DNA from: Thermotogota bacterium
Lineage (GTDB): Bacteria; Bipolaricaulota; Bipolaricaulia; UBA7950; UBA9294
Assembly (NCBI GenBank): GCA_039679545.1
Contig: JBDKUT010000136.1
Location: 1-16,218 of the forward strand
Direction: 5' to 3'
Length of the DNA stretch: 16,218 nucleotides
Below the pieces are notes generated by a model, which saw only the letters and a list, made by a program, of their open reading frames with translations, was not told the DNA's origin and did no database searches. The position numbers were made by a program, and so were the translations under genes. Below, piece by piece: positions 1-8,702 of the stretch; positions within the stretch are counted from its first letter, which is position 1, and each line of letters begins with the position of its first letter.

Positions 1-342
1 GACGTCTTCTGCCGTTAGCTCTCCGTAGCCGCGCTGGAACTTGATTCCCTCGTAGATCGTGAACAGGATCTCTGTTCCGCGCTGGCAGATCTCGTAGCTC
101 TTCGCGAGCCGCCCGCGGATCGCGATCGGCAGCTCCGACGAGGTCCAATCCATCTCGACGAGTCCTTCCATCACCTGATAGAGGACGACCGTGTCGCTGA
201 CGGACTGCGAGTTGGCGTAGTCGAGGTTGACGATTTCGTTCGCTAACCGCACCCGCAGCACGCTCTCGGCAGCCTGTCCGACCAAGCCGCTTGTGGCGAC
301 GAGAAGGACGAGGATGCTCAGTACTAGGCCTGCGCGCTTCAT
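1..342 (-). CDS. ABC transporter substrate-binding protein, Dpp/Opp (family 5); N-terminal 114 aa, runs off the window edge
   Basis: Not in the ORF track; translated by hand from ATG at 342: MKRAGLVLSILVLLVATSGLVGQAAESVLRVRLANEIVNLDYANSQSVSDTVVLYQVMEGLVEMDWT...RLAKSYEI...GIKFQRGYGELTAEDV. Signal peptide, family-5 LTAEDV motif, SD AAGGAGG at 357-351. Confidence 0.93.
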   Translation of the reverse strand, partial: MKRAGLVLSILVLLVATSGLVGQAAESVLRVRLANEIVNLDYANSQSVSDTVVLYQVMEGLVEMDWTSSELPIAIRGRLAKSYEICQRGTEILFTIYEGIKFQRGYGELTAEDV

Positions 343-496
343 CTGCACTGCCTCCTTGCTGGGTAGGTCCAGCCGCCCGGTTCTCCTTCGTTCTGTTCCC
401 TCTGGTCGTTGGTTCGGCGACCCGCCGCTGCCCCCCATAAGAGGCGCCGTGCACTTGGCCGGCTTGGGCGGCGCAAGAAAGCGGGGCCGTGGCCAG

Positions 497-544
497 CTGG
501 TATACCAGTATACCGATACTACAACAGCGTCAACTGGACGTCAA
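497..544 (-). promoter_or_regulatory. sigma70-like promoter P1 with tandem GntR/FadR-type operator
   Basis: Minus strand TTGACG(544-539)-N17-TAGTAT(521-516), followed directly by CGGTATACTGGTATACCAG (515-497), which contains the perfect palindrome CTGGTATACCAG (497-508). Confidence 0.75.
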
Positions 545-788
545 TCCTGAGGCGGAGGTCGAGATAGCCAGGGTTCTTAGGATGTGCCTCATTTTGCGCG
601 TCGCTGGCGTCTCGGCTACCCTACCGGCCATCTGACATGGTACGTCGTAAGACACAAGCGCATCGCATGAGGCTGCGCTCGTCCGCATCGCGGACAGCTC
701 GAATGCACTTGGACGGTCGTCGAGGCCGTGGTGCGGTTGCGGAATGAAAAGAGGAACTTGGGTCGTGAGATCTGGGGAAGGGAGACGC

Positions 789-1877
789 ATGTCTGACCGT
801 ATGGTTCGAGCGTTCTGTGACATGGTGAGAATCGACAGCGAGTCCGGCAATGAGGCCCGGTTCATCGACTACATGCGGGGCGAGATCACACGCAGACTCG
901 GAGCACGGTGTACCGTGGACGATCACGGAAACCTGGTTGCCCGGGTGCCCGCCAAGGGGAACGGCAGCGCCCGGCCGATCCTGCTCGGCGCCCACGCCGA
1001 CACCGTGAAGCCGGGCGTCGGCATCGAGCCGGTGGTCGAAGACGGGATGATTCGTTCTCGAGGCGACACGGTCCTCGGCGCCGACAACAAGGCGGCGATC
1101 GCCGAGATCCTCGAAGCCGTGGAGACTGCGGACATACGCCCGCCCCTCGAAATCGTCCTGACGCGGGGGGAAGAGGTTGGCCTCGTGGGAGCGCGGAACC
1201 TCGACATGTCACTCATCTCGGCCAGGACCGGGTTCGTCGTCGACTCGGGTCGCCTTGACACGGTGACGATCGGGGGACCGACGCACGTGGCATTCGATGT
1301 GACGATCGTGGGCCGCGCCGCCCACGCCGGCCTCCGCCCGGAGGCCGGAATCTCGGCGATCCGCGTCGCGGCGCAGGCGATCGTCCGGATGCCCGAGGGG
1401 CGGATTGACGAGGAGACGACCGCCAACCTGGGAATCATCCACGGGGGTGCGATCCGAAACGGCGTCCCGGCGGAGGTCCGAATCCAGGGAGAGTGCCGCA
1501 GCCTGGACCATGAGAAGTGCCTACGACAGGCGGACGCGATGAAGCGGGCGTTCGAGGACGCGGCGCGCGAGGCGGGGGCGACGGTCGAGGTAGTGGTATC
1601 TGTGGAGTACGAGGCGTCTCGTCTGGCGGAAGATGCGCCTACCGTGAAGATGGCCAAGGCGGCCATCGCAGCGGTCGGGTTCGAACCGCGTACGGAGATC
1701 TCGCGGGGCGGGTCGGACGCGCTTGTTCTGAACATGCGGGGAGTCGAGACCGTGCTGCTTGGTTACGGGGGCAAGTCGGCACACACGACGGACGAGCACA
1801 TCGCGATCACGGACATGGTGAAGGCCACAGAGCTCTTGCGGACGTTGCTGGTGCAGACCGCGGTTGATGGTGAATAG
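789..1877 (+). CDS. M20 family metallopeptidase, peptidase T-like (M20B)
   Basis: Motifs AHADTVKPG, LGADNKA, RGEEVG, VVDSG, GRAAHAG.PE.GISAI, GGSD and AHTTDE give the H, D, EE, D, H dinuclear metal ligands. Start moved from 744 to ATG 789, which follows the purine-rich GGGAAGGGAG. Confidence 0.92.
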   Translation: MSDRMVRAFCDMVRIDSESGNEARFIDYMRGEITRRLGARCTVDDHGNLVARVPAKGNGSARPILLGAHADTVKPGVGIEPVVEDGMIRSRGDTVLGADNKAAIAEILEAVETADIRPPLEIVLTRGEEVGLVGARNLDMSLISARTGFVVDSGRLDTVTIGGPTHVAFDVTIVGRAAHAGLRPEAGISAIRVAAQAIVRMPEGRIDEETTANLGIIHGGAIRNGVPAEVRIQGECRSLDHEKCLRQADAMKRAFEDAAREAGATVEVVVSVEYEASRLAEDAPTVKMAKAAIAAVGFEPRTEISRGGSDALVLNMRGVETVLLGYGGKSAHTTDEHIAITDMVKATELLRTLLVQTAVDGE

Positions 1878-2031
1878 AACAGCGATTTGCTCGTCCGGGT
1901 GATCCATCGGCGACGGCTGTGTGAGCCGCTGCCGAAGCGCAACGGGCTCGGAATGAGAGACGACCATCCGCCTGGCGAAGGATGCCGTGTGCTCGACAAG
2001 TCTCTGCAGAACGCATGGGAGTGCGCAGGTC

Positions 2032-2079
2032 GCGGTTCCTGGTCAGGCACGTGAAGGCATGGCTGGGACCGGGAACCGC
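2032..2079 (+). terminator. Hairpin between convergent genes (possible terminator or stabiliser)
   Basis: GCGGTTCCTGGTC (2032-2044) pairs with GACCGGGAACCGC (2067-2079), 13 bp with one G-U; no U-tract. Confidence 0.45.
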
Positions 2080-2130
2080 ACGCGCTGAGGGCCCAGACTT
2101 GACGCCAGACGCCTCTCGATGCACGGAGCC

Positions 2131-2862
2131 CTAGTTGGTGTTGGATCCGAGCTTCAGCCACATGTAGTCCATGTAGGAGTTGCGGATGCGCTCGATCCGC
2201 TCTCGTGGCCACGTCGGATCCCAGCCCAGGCCGAGATCTCTGTCCACCAGGATCACATGGGTGGTAATGTACTCCCCGGGCCGCTCGATGATGGCGGTGA
2301 CTCCGCAGAGCCGCTCCGCCGAGCGACAGTCGCAGCAATGCCCGACCTCCGCACAAGGTGTACGCTTCCGCTTGGCCCTGGCGAGGTCGGGGATGAGGAC
2401 GTTTCGAAGCCTGTCGATCGCTTCATCGACATTGCGCACAACCTTGTTCCGACCGACGACGATGACGGCGTTCTTGGGTCCGAACATCATCCCCGTCACT
2501 CGATTCGCGTGACGGTCGATGCTGACGAGGGCTCCCCCTTCCGTCACCGCATTGGAGCTGGTGACAAAGAACTCGCAGTTCAGCGCGGCACGCGCGATGA
2601 CGCTCCGCCTCTCCATCGAGATATCGCGAGTCATCGTGAGCTCAGAGATCTTCCGGGAGAAGAGATCAATGGCGACGCGTCCATCCTGCTCAAGAGCCTC
2701 TGGGATTCCGAGCTGCCGAATCGTTACGGAGTCTCCGATACCGACCAGGGTACCTCTCGGGATCAGGCTTCGGACCTGTTCGTAGGCGGCGTCTTCGTCA
2801 TCCGCGCAGACTGCATGGAAACCATTCGACGCCAACGTTTCGCATACACGAGAGAGTTCCAT
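2131..2862 (-). CDS. LUD-domain (lactate utilisation LutB/LutC-like) protein with C-terminal Cys cluster
   Basis: Motifs L..NGF.A, VGIGDSVT..QLG, TSSNAVTE.G.LVSID..ANRV..MMFGPK..IVVGRNKVV and TPCAEVGHCCDCRSAERLC. Start moved to ATG 2862, 8 nt after SD AGGAGGT (2877-2871). Confidence 0.85.
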   Translation of the reverse strand: MELSRVCETLASNGFHAVCADDEDAAYEQVRSLIPRGTLVGIGDSVTIRQLGIPEALEQDGRVAIDLFSRKISELTMTRDISMERRSVIARAALNCEFFVTSSNAVTEGGALVSIDRHANRVTGMMFGPKNAVIVVGRNKVVRNVDEAIDRLRNVLIPDLARAKRKRTPCAEVGHCCDCRSAERLCGVTAIIERPGEYITTHVILVDRDLGLGWDPTWPRERIERIRNSYMDYMWLKLGSNTN

Positions 2863-2996
2863 CTCCAACCACCTCCTGCGTTGCTTGGCACAAGCTCCTA
2901 CGCCGCTCTCGGGCCTCGCGAGCGCCGACAAGAGCAAGACCGGCACACCCACCGAAGCCGGAGAGCGGACATTCGGTTAACACACAGTTGCCGTGC

Positions 2997-4394
2997 CTAA
3001 TGTGCGTACCACTGCCGGACCATTTTCCCAACCGCTGAGCACGACGAGAGATCGGGAAGATCCGCGAGGATGCGCTTCACAACGCTCGGCTCGAGGACGC
3101 CCTGCATCAGTAGGGTGGACTTTTCGTGCAGAGCAGCATCGCTCAGCGGGCGGCGGTAGTCGCCCGTGGGGATCTCTACGGTCGCGGAGAGACGTTTCCC
3201 GTTCTTGAGTTCAACGGTCACCGTAGCCGGGGACTCCTTCGGGGGAGTCGGTGTGGGTCGTTCGCAGACGCGTGCCCCCTCCGCTACGCGGCGCACGGAA
3301 GGATCTTCGAGCTTCGCCGCCGGAACGTTATGAAGCGGGACGCCGTGCAGCATGAGGGAGGACAGGTACGCAAGACTGAACGGCACTCCCACGGGAGTCA
3401 TGCGGGCGACGTTGGAGAGGACGTCCACGGCGTGCGAGCACACTTCGATCGTCAGCCGCGAAACGGAGGCTGGATCGATAGGATCGTGCTTGAGGATCTG
3501 TTCCAGCGCCTCCAGAGTGCTCTGCGCGTGCCAGCACGCTGGGTACGCCTTGATGCTGTCGCTCAGGATGGCGTACTCCTTCCCCAGGCCCGCCGTCAGC
3601 CGCTCCGGGTGGGATCGGTCGGACCCTGCCATGGCCCAGAATCCGTTGGGCCCTTCGAAAACTAGGGGGTTTCCGATATAGCCATCTCGTGCGAACAGCG
3701 CGGCGAGCACGGCTCCCATCGAAGCCCATCCGTACCCGTTCTTCGCCCAGGAGACGGGGCCGGGGTCGCCTCGGAGTTCTCCCCACTTCCGTCCGGACGG
3801 TACGGGCATCAACACAGCGGCGAGAGCGATCGCATGCGTCGTCTTGGTCTCGTCAAGGCGCAACAGGTTGGCGGCCGCTGCGGCGGCACCGAGGGATTGC
3901 CAGGTGGCCAGCGGCAGGACGTCATTCCCGCGCTCGGGAGACGGGGCGATGGCTCCACCCACGCGCACGGCACACTCAAACCCGGCGGCCACGGCGGCGA
4001 TGAGCTCTTCTCCGGAGCTGCCGAGCTGTTCCGCCACAGCAAGTGCGGCGGGCACGATGCCCGAGCAGGGATGGCCGCCGAAGTCGGCTCCCGAGAACAT
4101 GTCGTCGTAGTCCAGGGCGTTCGCCATGTAGCCGTTGATGCAGACGGCGTGAAGCATCGGGACCCGTTTCCCCGTGGAGAGCACCGTGGCCTGCTCCTCT
4201 CCTCCGAGGGCTGACAGAACCCCACGCACGATCCGGGCAGGCTCCGACCGCGATCCTCCGATCATCGTGCCGACGCTGCTCATGATCTGCCTAGCAGCGG
4301 CTCTTCGGACGTCGGCCGGCAGGGCCGCGAAGGATTCACGACACACGTACTTCGCCAGTGTTGCAGCGCCGCTTTCCACGTTCGTTGTTGCCAC
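2997..4394 (-). CDS. MmgE/PrpD family protein
   Basis: Motifs NG..ANALDYDD, GHP...IVPAALAVAE, SGEELIAAVAAGFE, G...VFEGPNGF, IKAYPAC and P.GD.RRPLS..L..K. Start probably GTG 4394 after SD GAGGAGG (4406-4400); the ORF is open to 4445. Confidence 0.92.
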   Translation of the reverse strand: MATTNVESGAATLAKYVCRESFAALPADVRRAAARQIMSSVGTMIGGSRSEPARIVRGVLSALGGEEQATVLSTGKRVPMLHAVCINGYMANALDYDDMFSGADFGGHPCSGIVPAALAVAEQLGSSGEELIAAVAAGFECAVRVGGAIAPSPERGNDVLPLATWQSLGAAAAAANLLRLDETKTTHAIALAAVLMPVPSGRKWGELRGDPGPVSWAKNGYGWASMGAVLAALFARDGYIGNPLVFEGPNGFWAMAGSDRSHPERLTAGLGKEYAILSDSIKAYPACWHAQSTLEALEQILKHDPIDPASVSRLTIEVCSHAVDVLSNVARMTPVGVPFSLAYLSSLMLHGVPLHNVPAAKLEDPSVRRVAEGARVCERPTPTPPKESPATVTVELKNGKRLSATVEIPTGDYRRPLSDAALHEKSTLLMQGVLEPSVVKRILADLPDLSSCSAVGKMVRQWYAH

Positions 4395-4601
4395 CAGAAC
4401 CTCCTCGTCGTCAGGACGCGACAGTATCTCCAGCCTCTTTCCCATCCGGTATGACCAGCTGCTGACCGGACTCGATGGCAGCCGGGACGGCGCGAGCAGG
4501 TGAGTCCAACCTCAATTCAGGCTTCGCGACGTAACTGCTCTGCCTGCTCGGTTTTCCCAGCCCACACTTCGTCTCGTGAACAGAGACGGCGACCACCAGG
4601 G

Positions 4602-5441
4602 CTATTGCACCATCCTTCCACGAAGATGCGGATCGAGCACATCCCGCAGGCCGTCTCCAAGAAGGTTGAATCCGATCGCTGCCAGGGTGATGGTGAGGCC
4701 GGGGAACACCACGAGCCACGGCGCCGCGCGGAAGTAGTGCCGGCCGTCGGCAACGATGCGGCCCCACGTCGGCGAGTCGGGCGGGGCTCCTAGTCCGAGA
4801 AAGCTCAGGCTCGACTCAAGCAGGATCACGTAGGGAAGGTACGTACTGCATAGGACGATGATGGGGGCGACGAGGTTCGGAAGGACATGGCGGAGCAGGA
4901 TGCGCAACCTCGAGGCACCCACGGAACGCGCGGCAGTGATGTATTCAATGCTGCGGAACGGAAGCGCCGAACCTCGCATCACGCGTGCGAAGCGCGGGAC
5001 CAAGGTCAAACCAATTGCAACGATGAGCGGCCCCCGCCCGGCTGAGCCGAAGAAACCGACAACGAGCAGCGCGACCATCATGGCCGGGAAGGACATCAGG
5101 ACGTCGACGATGCGGCTGAGCGTCATGTCGAGGCCCCCGCCGCTGTAACCAGCGAGAATCCCGCACGGGATTCCCACCCCCGCCGAGACCAGAAGCGTCG
5201 CCGCAGCCAAGACAAGCGTCCCCCAGCCGGAGTTCAGCACGAGGCTGAGGACATCCCGCCCATAGGAATCAGTACCGAAGGGGTGATGGCTAGATGGTGC
5301 AGCGAGCTGCTCCGGCGAGAAGGCGCGTGGGTTGTAGGACGATAGGCAGGACGGGAAGGTACACGCAAAGATAACGGCGAGAACGAGCACGCCGCCCACC
5401 AGGGTCATCCTGCTTCTCAGCAAACGCTTCATCGAGATCAC
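4602..5441 (-). CDS. Peptide/nickel ABC transporter permease (DppC/OppC-like)
   Basis: PSSHHPFGTDSYGRDVLS, EAA loop EYITAARSVGASRLRILLRHVLPN, LSFLGLG.PP..PTWG, FNLLGDGLRDVLDP. Confidence 0.95.
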   Translation of the reverse strand: MISMKRLLRSRMTLVGGVLVLAVIFACTFPSCLSSYNPRAFSPEQLAAPSSHHPFGTDSYGRDVLSLVLNSGWGTLVLAAATLLVSAGVGIPCGILAGYSGGGLDMTLSRIVDVLMSFPAMMVALLVVGFFGSAGRGPLIVAIGLTLVPRFARVMRGSALPFRSIEYITAARSVGASRLRILLRHVLPNLVAPIIVLCSTYLPYVILLESSLSFLGLGAPPDSPTWGRIVADGRHYFRAAPWLVVFPGLTITLAAIGFNLLGDGLRDVLDPHLRGRMVQ

Positions 5442-5477
5442 CCACCCTGCAAGGAGCCGAGGAACAACGTGCCACCG

Positions 5478-6428
5478 TCAGTCATACCGCACCCGTGGAT
5501 CGAGGATGCCGTAGAGGACATCAACGATCAGGTTGATCAGGACGACCATCGCAGAGATGACAAGGATGCACCCCTGCGTGAGGGGGTAGTCCCTGGCGGA
5601 GATGGCTGTGAAGTAGAGGCGACCGAGCCCCGGACGACTGAACACCACCTCAGCGATCACGACTCCCCCGAGCATGATGATGATCTCCACGCCGACGAGG
5701 CCGAGTACTCCGGTCATCGAGTTGCGCAGAGCGTGTCTGTACTGGACGAGCCTCTCGGAGAGACCTTTGCTGCGCGCAGTGCGAATGTAGTCCGCGGCCA
5801 GCACGTCGAGCATCTCGCAACGCACCATGCGCGAGACCATTCCAGTCGTCCGCAGGCCGTTGACAAGCCACGGCAGAACGAGGTGCGGGAGATAGGTGGC
5901 GTACAAGCCAGGTGTCTCGGCACCGATGATCGGGAAAACCCTTGCCTTCACCCCCAACCACCAGAGAAGAACGTACGCGAGAACGAAGGAAGGCATCGAA
6001 ATGAAGACGAACGACATTGACATCACGGACAGGTCGAGGGCTGAGTTCTGGCGGACGGCGGCGAACACCCCGAACGCGATGCCCAGGGCCACGCCGATCA
6101 AAATGCTGCCGATCATGAGGCGGACGGTATAAGGGTAGACATCGGAGACCATCTTGCTGATCGGCATGCCTGAGCGGAGAGACGTCCCGAGGTCACCGTG
6201 GAACAACTCACGCATGTAGATCTCGAACTGCTCCCAGAGCGGCTTGTCGAGACCCCACTTCGCCGTGACCTGAGCCTTCAGCTCTGGAGTTGCATAGTCA
6301 CCGAGCCAGATGTCTACGGGGTCCCCGGGGACGGCGCGCAGGAAGAAGAACGCTCCCACTGCCACCAAGAGCACCGTCGCTACGCCGATGACGCACCTGC
6401 GAAGGATGAACTTGAGCACGGACCTCAC
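5478..6428 (-). CDS. Peptide/nickel ABC transporter permease (DppB/OppB-like)
   Basis: VPGDPV, GLDKPLWEQF, GDLGTS, DYIRTARSKGLSE, HALRNS, EVVFSRPGLG, RDYP, VDVLYGILDPRVR. The start may be GTG 6428 or 6419. Confidence 0.95.
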   Translation of the reverse strand: MRSVLKFILRRCVIGVATVLLVAVGAFFFLRAVPGDPVDIWLGDYATPELKAQVTAKWGLDKPLWEQFEIYMRELFHGDLGTSLRSGMPISKMVSDVYPYTVRLMIGSILIGVALGIAFGVFAAVRQNSALDLSVMSMSFVFISMPSFVLAYVLLWWLGVKARVFPIIGAETPGLYATYLPHLVLPWLVNGLRTTGMVSRMVRCEMLDVLAADYIRTARSKGLSERLVQYRHALRNSMTGVLGLVGVEIIIMLGGVVIAEVVFSRPGLGRLYFTAISARDYPLTQGCILVISAMVVLINLIVDVLYGILDPRVRYD

Positions 6429-6526
6429 CTGACGACATCGCTCGCAGAGAGGAGATCGGTCGGGCTTCTTGTGCCCCCGGTTCCTTTTCTGCGTCTCGAT
6501 CCCTGAACCGCTTGCGAGCGCCCCAT

Positions 6527-6562
6527 GCCGAGGAGGGCGAGTATAGGCCCGCCCTCCTCGGC
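6527..6562 (-). terminator. Strong intercistronic hairpin after the SBP gene
   Basis: Perfect 13-bp stem GCCGAGGAGGGCG (6527-6539) / CGCCCTCCTCGGC (6550-6562) with a 10-nt loop and no U-tract, about 25 nt after the SBP stop. Confidence 0.7.
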
Positions 6563-6587
6563 GCCTCGGTACGCGATGCCACCGACG

Positions 6588-8135
6588 CTACGGTTGCGCG
6601 GGATGCGCCCCGGCGAGGTCGAAGACTCCCGAGAACGGGATGACCGTAACGCCGGCAACCTTGTTGGAGACTGCCACCCACGCGATCTGCTCGGCCGGGT
6701 AGATGCCGATAGCCTGGTCGCTGACTGCCTTCTGGACTTCGCGCCAGAGCTCCTTCGCCTTCTGTTCGTCCGGTTCAGCGGACGCTCTGGCGATGAGATC
6801 GTCCATTTCCGGATTCGAATAGCCGAAGTAGTTCTGCGGCGAGCCTGTGATGTAGGACTGCGCGTACAGGTAAGGAGCGAACCGCGTCATCGACCAAATG
6901 CAGACGTCCTGCTGTCGCGCCACGACCGTCTTCTGGTAGACGCCGTACTCGATGACGCTGAAGTTCACCTTCACGCCGATCTGAGACCAGCACTGCGCCA
7001 CCTCGAGGGCTACATCCTCGTACATGTACACTTTTGGGTAGATGAAGCTGATCTCGAGGCCGTTGGGGTACCCCGCCTCGGCAAGAAGCTGCTTGGCCTT
7101 TGCCGGATCGTAGCTGTAGTTCCAGAATTCGTCCGTGGAGGCGAAGCAGACTTCGTTGAACGGGCTCGGGTACATCTTCTGCATGGCCCCCAGTCGCTTG
7201 GCGATCGTCGGGAGATCCAACGCGTAGGCCAAGGCCTGCCTGACCTTCAGGTTGTTCATCGGGGCTTTGGTGTGGTTGAAGAAGAGGATGTGCTGCCAGG
7301 ATCCTCCGAGCGAGGACGAAAGGGCCACCCCCGGGATGTCCTCAGCGCGCGTGATGCTTCCCTTCTCGACCAGACCCACGACATCCAGCTCACCCGTTTC
7401 GAGGGCATCGAGAGCCAGCGTGTCTTCCGGAATGATCAGGCACTCGATTTCGTCGTATGCGGGAGCTCCGAAGCCCCACTCCGGCGCGCCCCAGTAACCG
7501 TCGAACTTCTTGAGAATCACCGCGACGCCGGTCTTCCACTCCACGAACTGGTAAGGTCCCGTTCCGATCGGGTGGCGCTGGTACTCACTGCCGAGCTGTT
7601 CCACCGCACGGCGCGACACGATCATGCCGCTGCCCTGCCAGGCGAGCAGGGGTAGGAACGATAGAGCGCTCGGTGTCTTCAGAGTAACGACGACTGTGTA
7701 GGGTCCGGTTGCCTGAACATCCGCGACGTTCAGGAAGTTCGATGCCTCCATCGAACCCACCGATTTGTCCATGTGCCGCTTCAACGAATACACGACATCG
7801 TCCGCGGTAAGCTCGCCATACCCACCGTGGAACTGGATCCCTTCGTGGATCTGGAACGTGATGCTCTTCCCATCCTTGGAGATCTCGTAGCTCTTGGCGA
7901 GACGAGGCTTGACCGGGTACGGAGGCGCTTGCGTCCAGTCAAGCTGGACAAGGCCTTCCATAACCTGTTGAACGACGAGACGATCGGCCGCCGTATGCAA
8001 CTGCGCGGAGTCCAGGTTCACGACGTCGGCCGCCAAGCGAACCCGCAAGACTCCGCTTGCGGAGACCGAGAGTGTTACGGCCAACACGACAACCAGCGTA
8101 ACAGCCAGCAAGCCCAACGCCCTACGCAACCTCAT
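6588..8135 (-). CDS. ABC transporter substrate-binding protein, Dpp/Opp (family 5)
   Basis: Signal peptide without a lipobox; LAKSYEIS.DG, FHGGYGELTADDV.YS, PIGTGPY, KVRQALAYALD, YDPAKAKQLLAEAGYPNG; SD GGAGGT upstream. Confidence 0.95.
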   Translation of the reverse strand: MRLRRALGLLAVTLVVVLAVTLSVSASGVLRVRLAADVVNLDSAQLHTAADRLVVQQVMEGLVQLDWTQAPPYPVKPRLAKSYEISKDGKSITFQIHEGIQFHGGYGELTADDVVYSLKRHMDKSVGSMEASNFLNVADVQATGPYTVVVTLKTPSALSFLPLLAWQGSGMIVSRRAVEQLGSEYQRHPIGTGPYQFVEWKTGVAVILKKFDGYWGAPEWGFGAPAYDEIECLIIPEDTLALDALETGELDVVGLVEKGSITRAEDIPGVALSSSLGGSWQHILFFNHTKAPMNNLKVRQALAYALDLPTIAKRLGAMQKMYPSPFNEVCFASTDEFWNYSYDPAKAKQLLAEAGYPNGLEISFIYPKVYMYEDVALEVAQCWSQIGVKVNFSVIEYGVYQKTVVARQQDVCIWSMTRFAPYLYAQSYITGSPQNYFGYSNPEMDDLIARASAEPDEQKAKELWREVQKAVSDQAIGIYPAEQIAWVAVSNKVAGVTVIPFSGVFDLAGAHPAQP

Positions 8136-8702
8136 GTGCCACCTCCACTATGCCGCCACGGAACCACATATGGTGTTATCCCAAGGGGATGTCCTCCGCC
8201 TTGTCAAGCACTCGCTGTTACCTCCCACCTCCTCCCGCACCCTGAGCCATAGATCGAGCAGCCGGGCCGCCGCAATGCCGCCCGCACCAGCAGCTCCACG
8301 CCCGCTTTGTGGCTCAGCAGGCACCGCGTCCGGTCTGGCTGCGACAGGCACGCGGGGGAATACCCGCGTCCTGCAGATCCTCATGCGCCCTATGCGGTGC
8401 TTCCCGGGGCAAGTCGGCCGGCGTGCCGCGTGATCGCAGACCCGGCATCTCGACGGTGACTGGAAGTTCGGACAAAGCAAGTCGACTGGGAGGGCGAGAA
8501 AGATGGTCTGCCGAGGGTGAGGGTGCGTAAACGTAAAGGGTGCGCAACCTGGCGCATGCTGCTGAGAGGAAGATGAGACAAGTAGCTGCGCGTCTGCCGG
8601 GTACGCTGACTTGAGGCAGCCCTGGCCAGTTGCCCGCTGCTTGGAATGCCACAATGGCCATGTCGGTTCAGATTCAGCTGCCGAGTTGACCGCCTCCAGC
8701 GA

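Noticed and set aside
227..995. ORFs 227-550, 530-865 and 621-995
   Set aside because: No recognisable product; they overlap the SBP start, promoter P1 or the peptidase.
1075..1095. GADNK instead of GADDK as an inactivating change in the M20 peptidase
   Set aside because: The first Asp is the metal ligand and is kept; Asp-Asn also occurs in active M20 enzymes such as PepD.
1950..2012. GAGAGAC...GCGAAGG...AAGTCTCTGCAG reminiscent of a glycine riboswitch
   Set aside because: Only a partial match (no CTCTCAGG), and it lies between convergent 3' ends with no downstream gene on that strand.
2038..2072. GGTCAGG...GAAGG resembling SRP RNA helix 8
   Set aside because: Lacks the conserved GGAA tetraloop stem and the AGCAG partner strand.
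6425..6658. 77-aa ORF between the SBP and DppB
   Set aside because: It overlaps the SBP 3' end out of frame, spans the hairpin, and has an uninformative Arg/Ser/Gly-rich composition.
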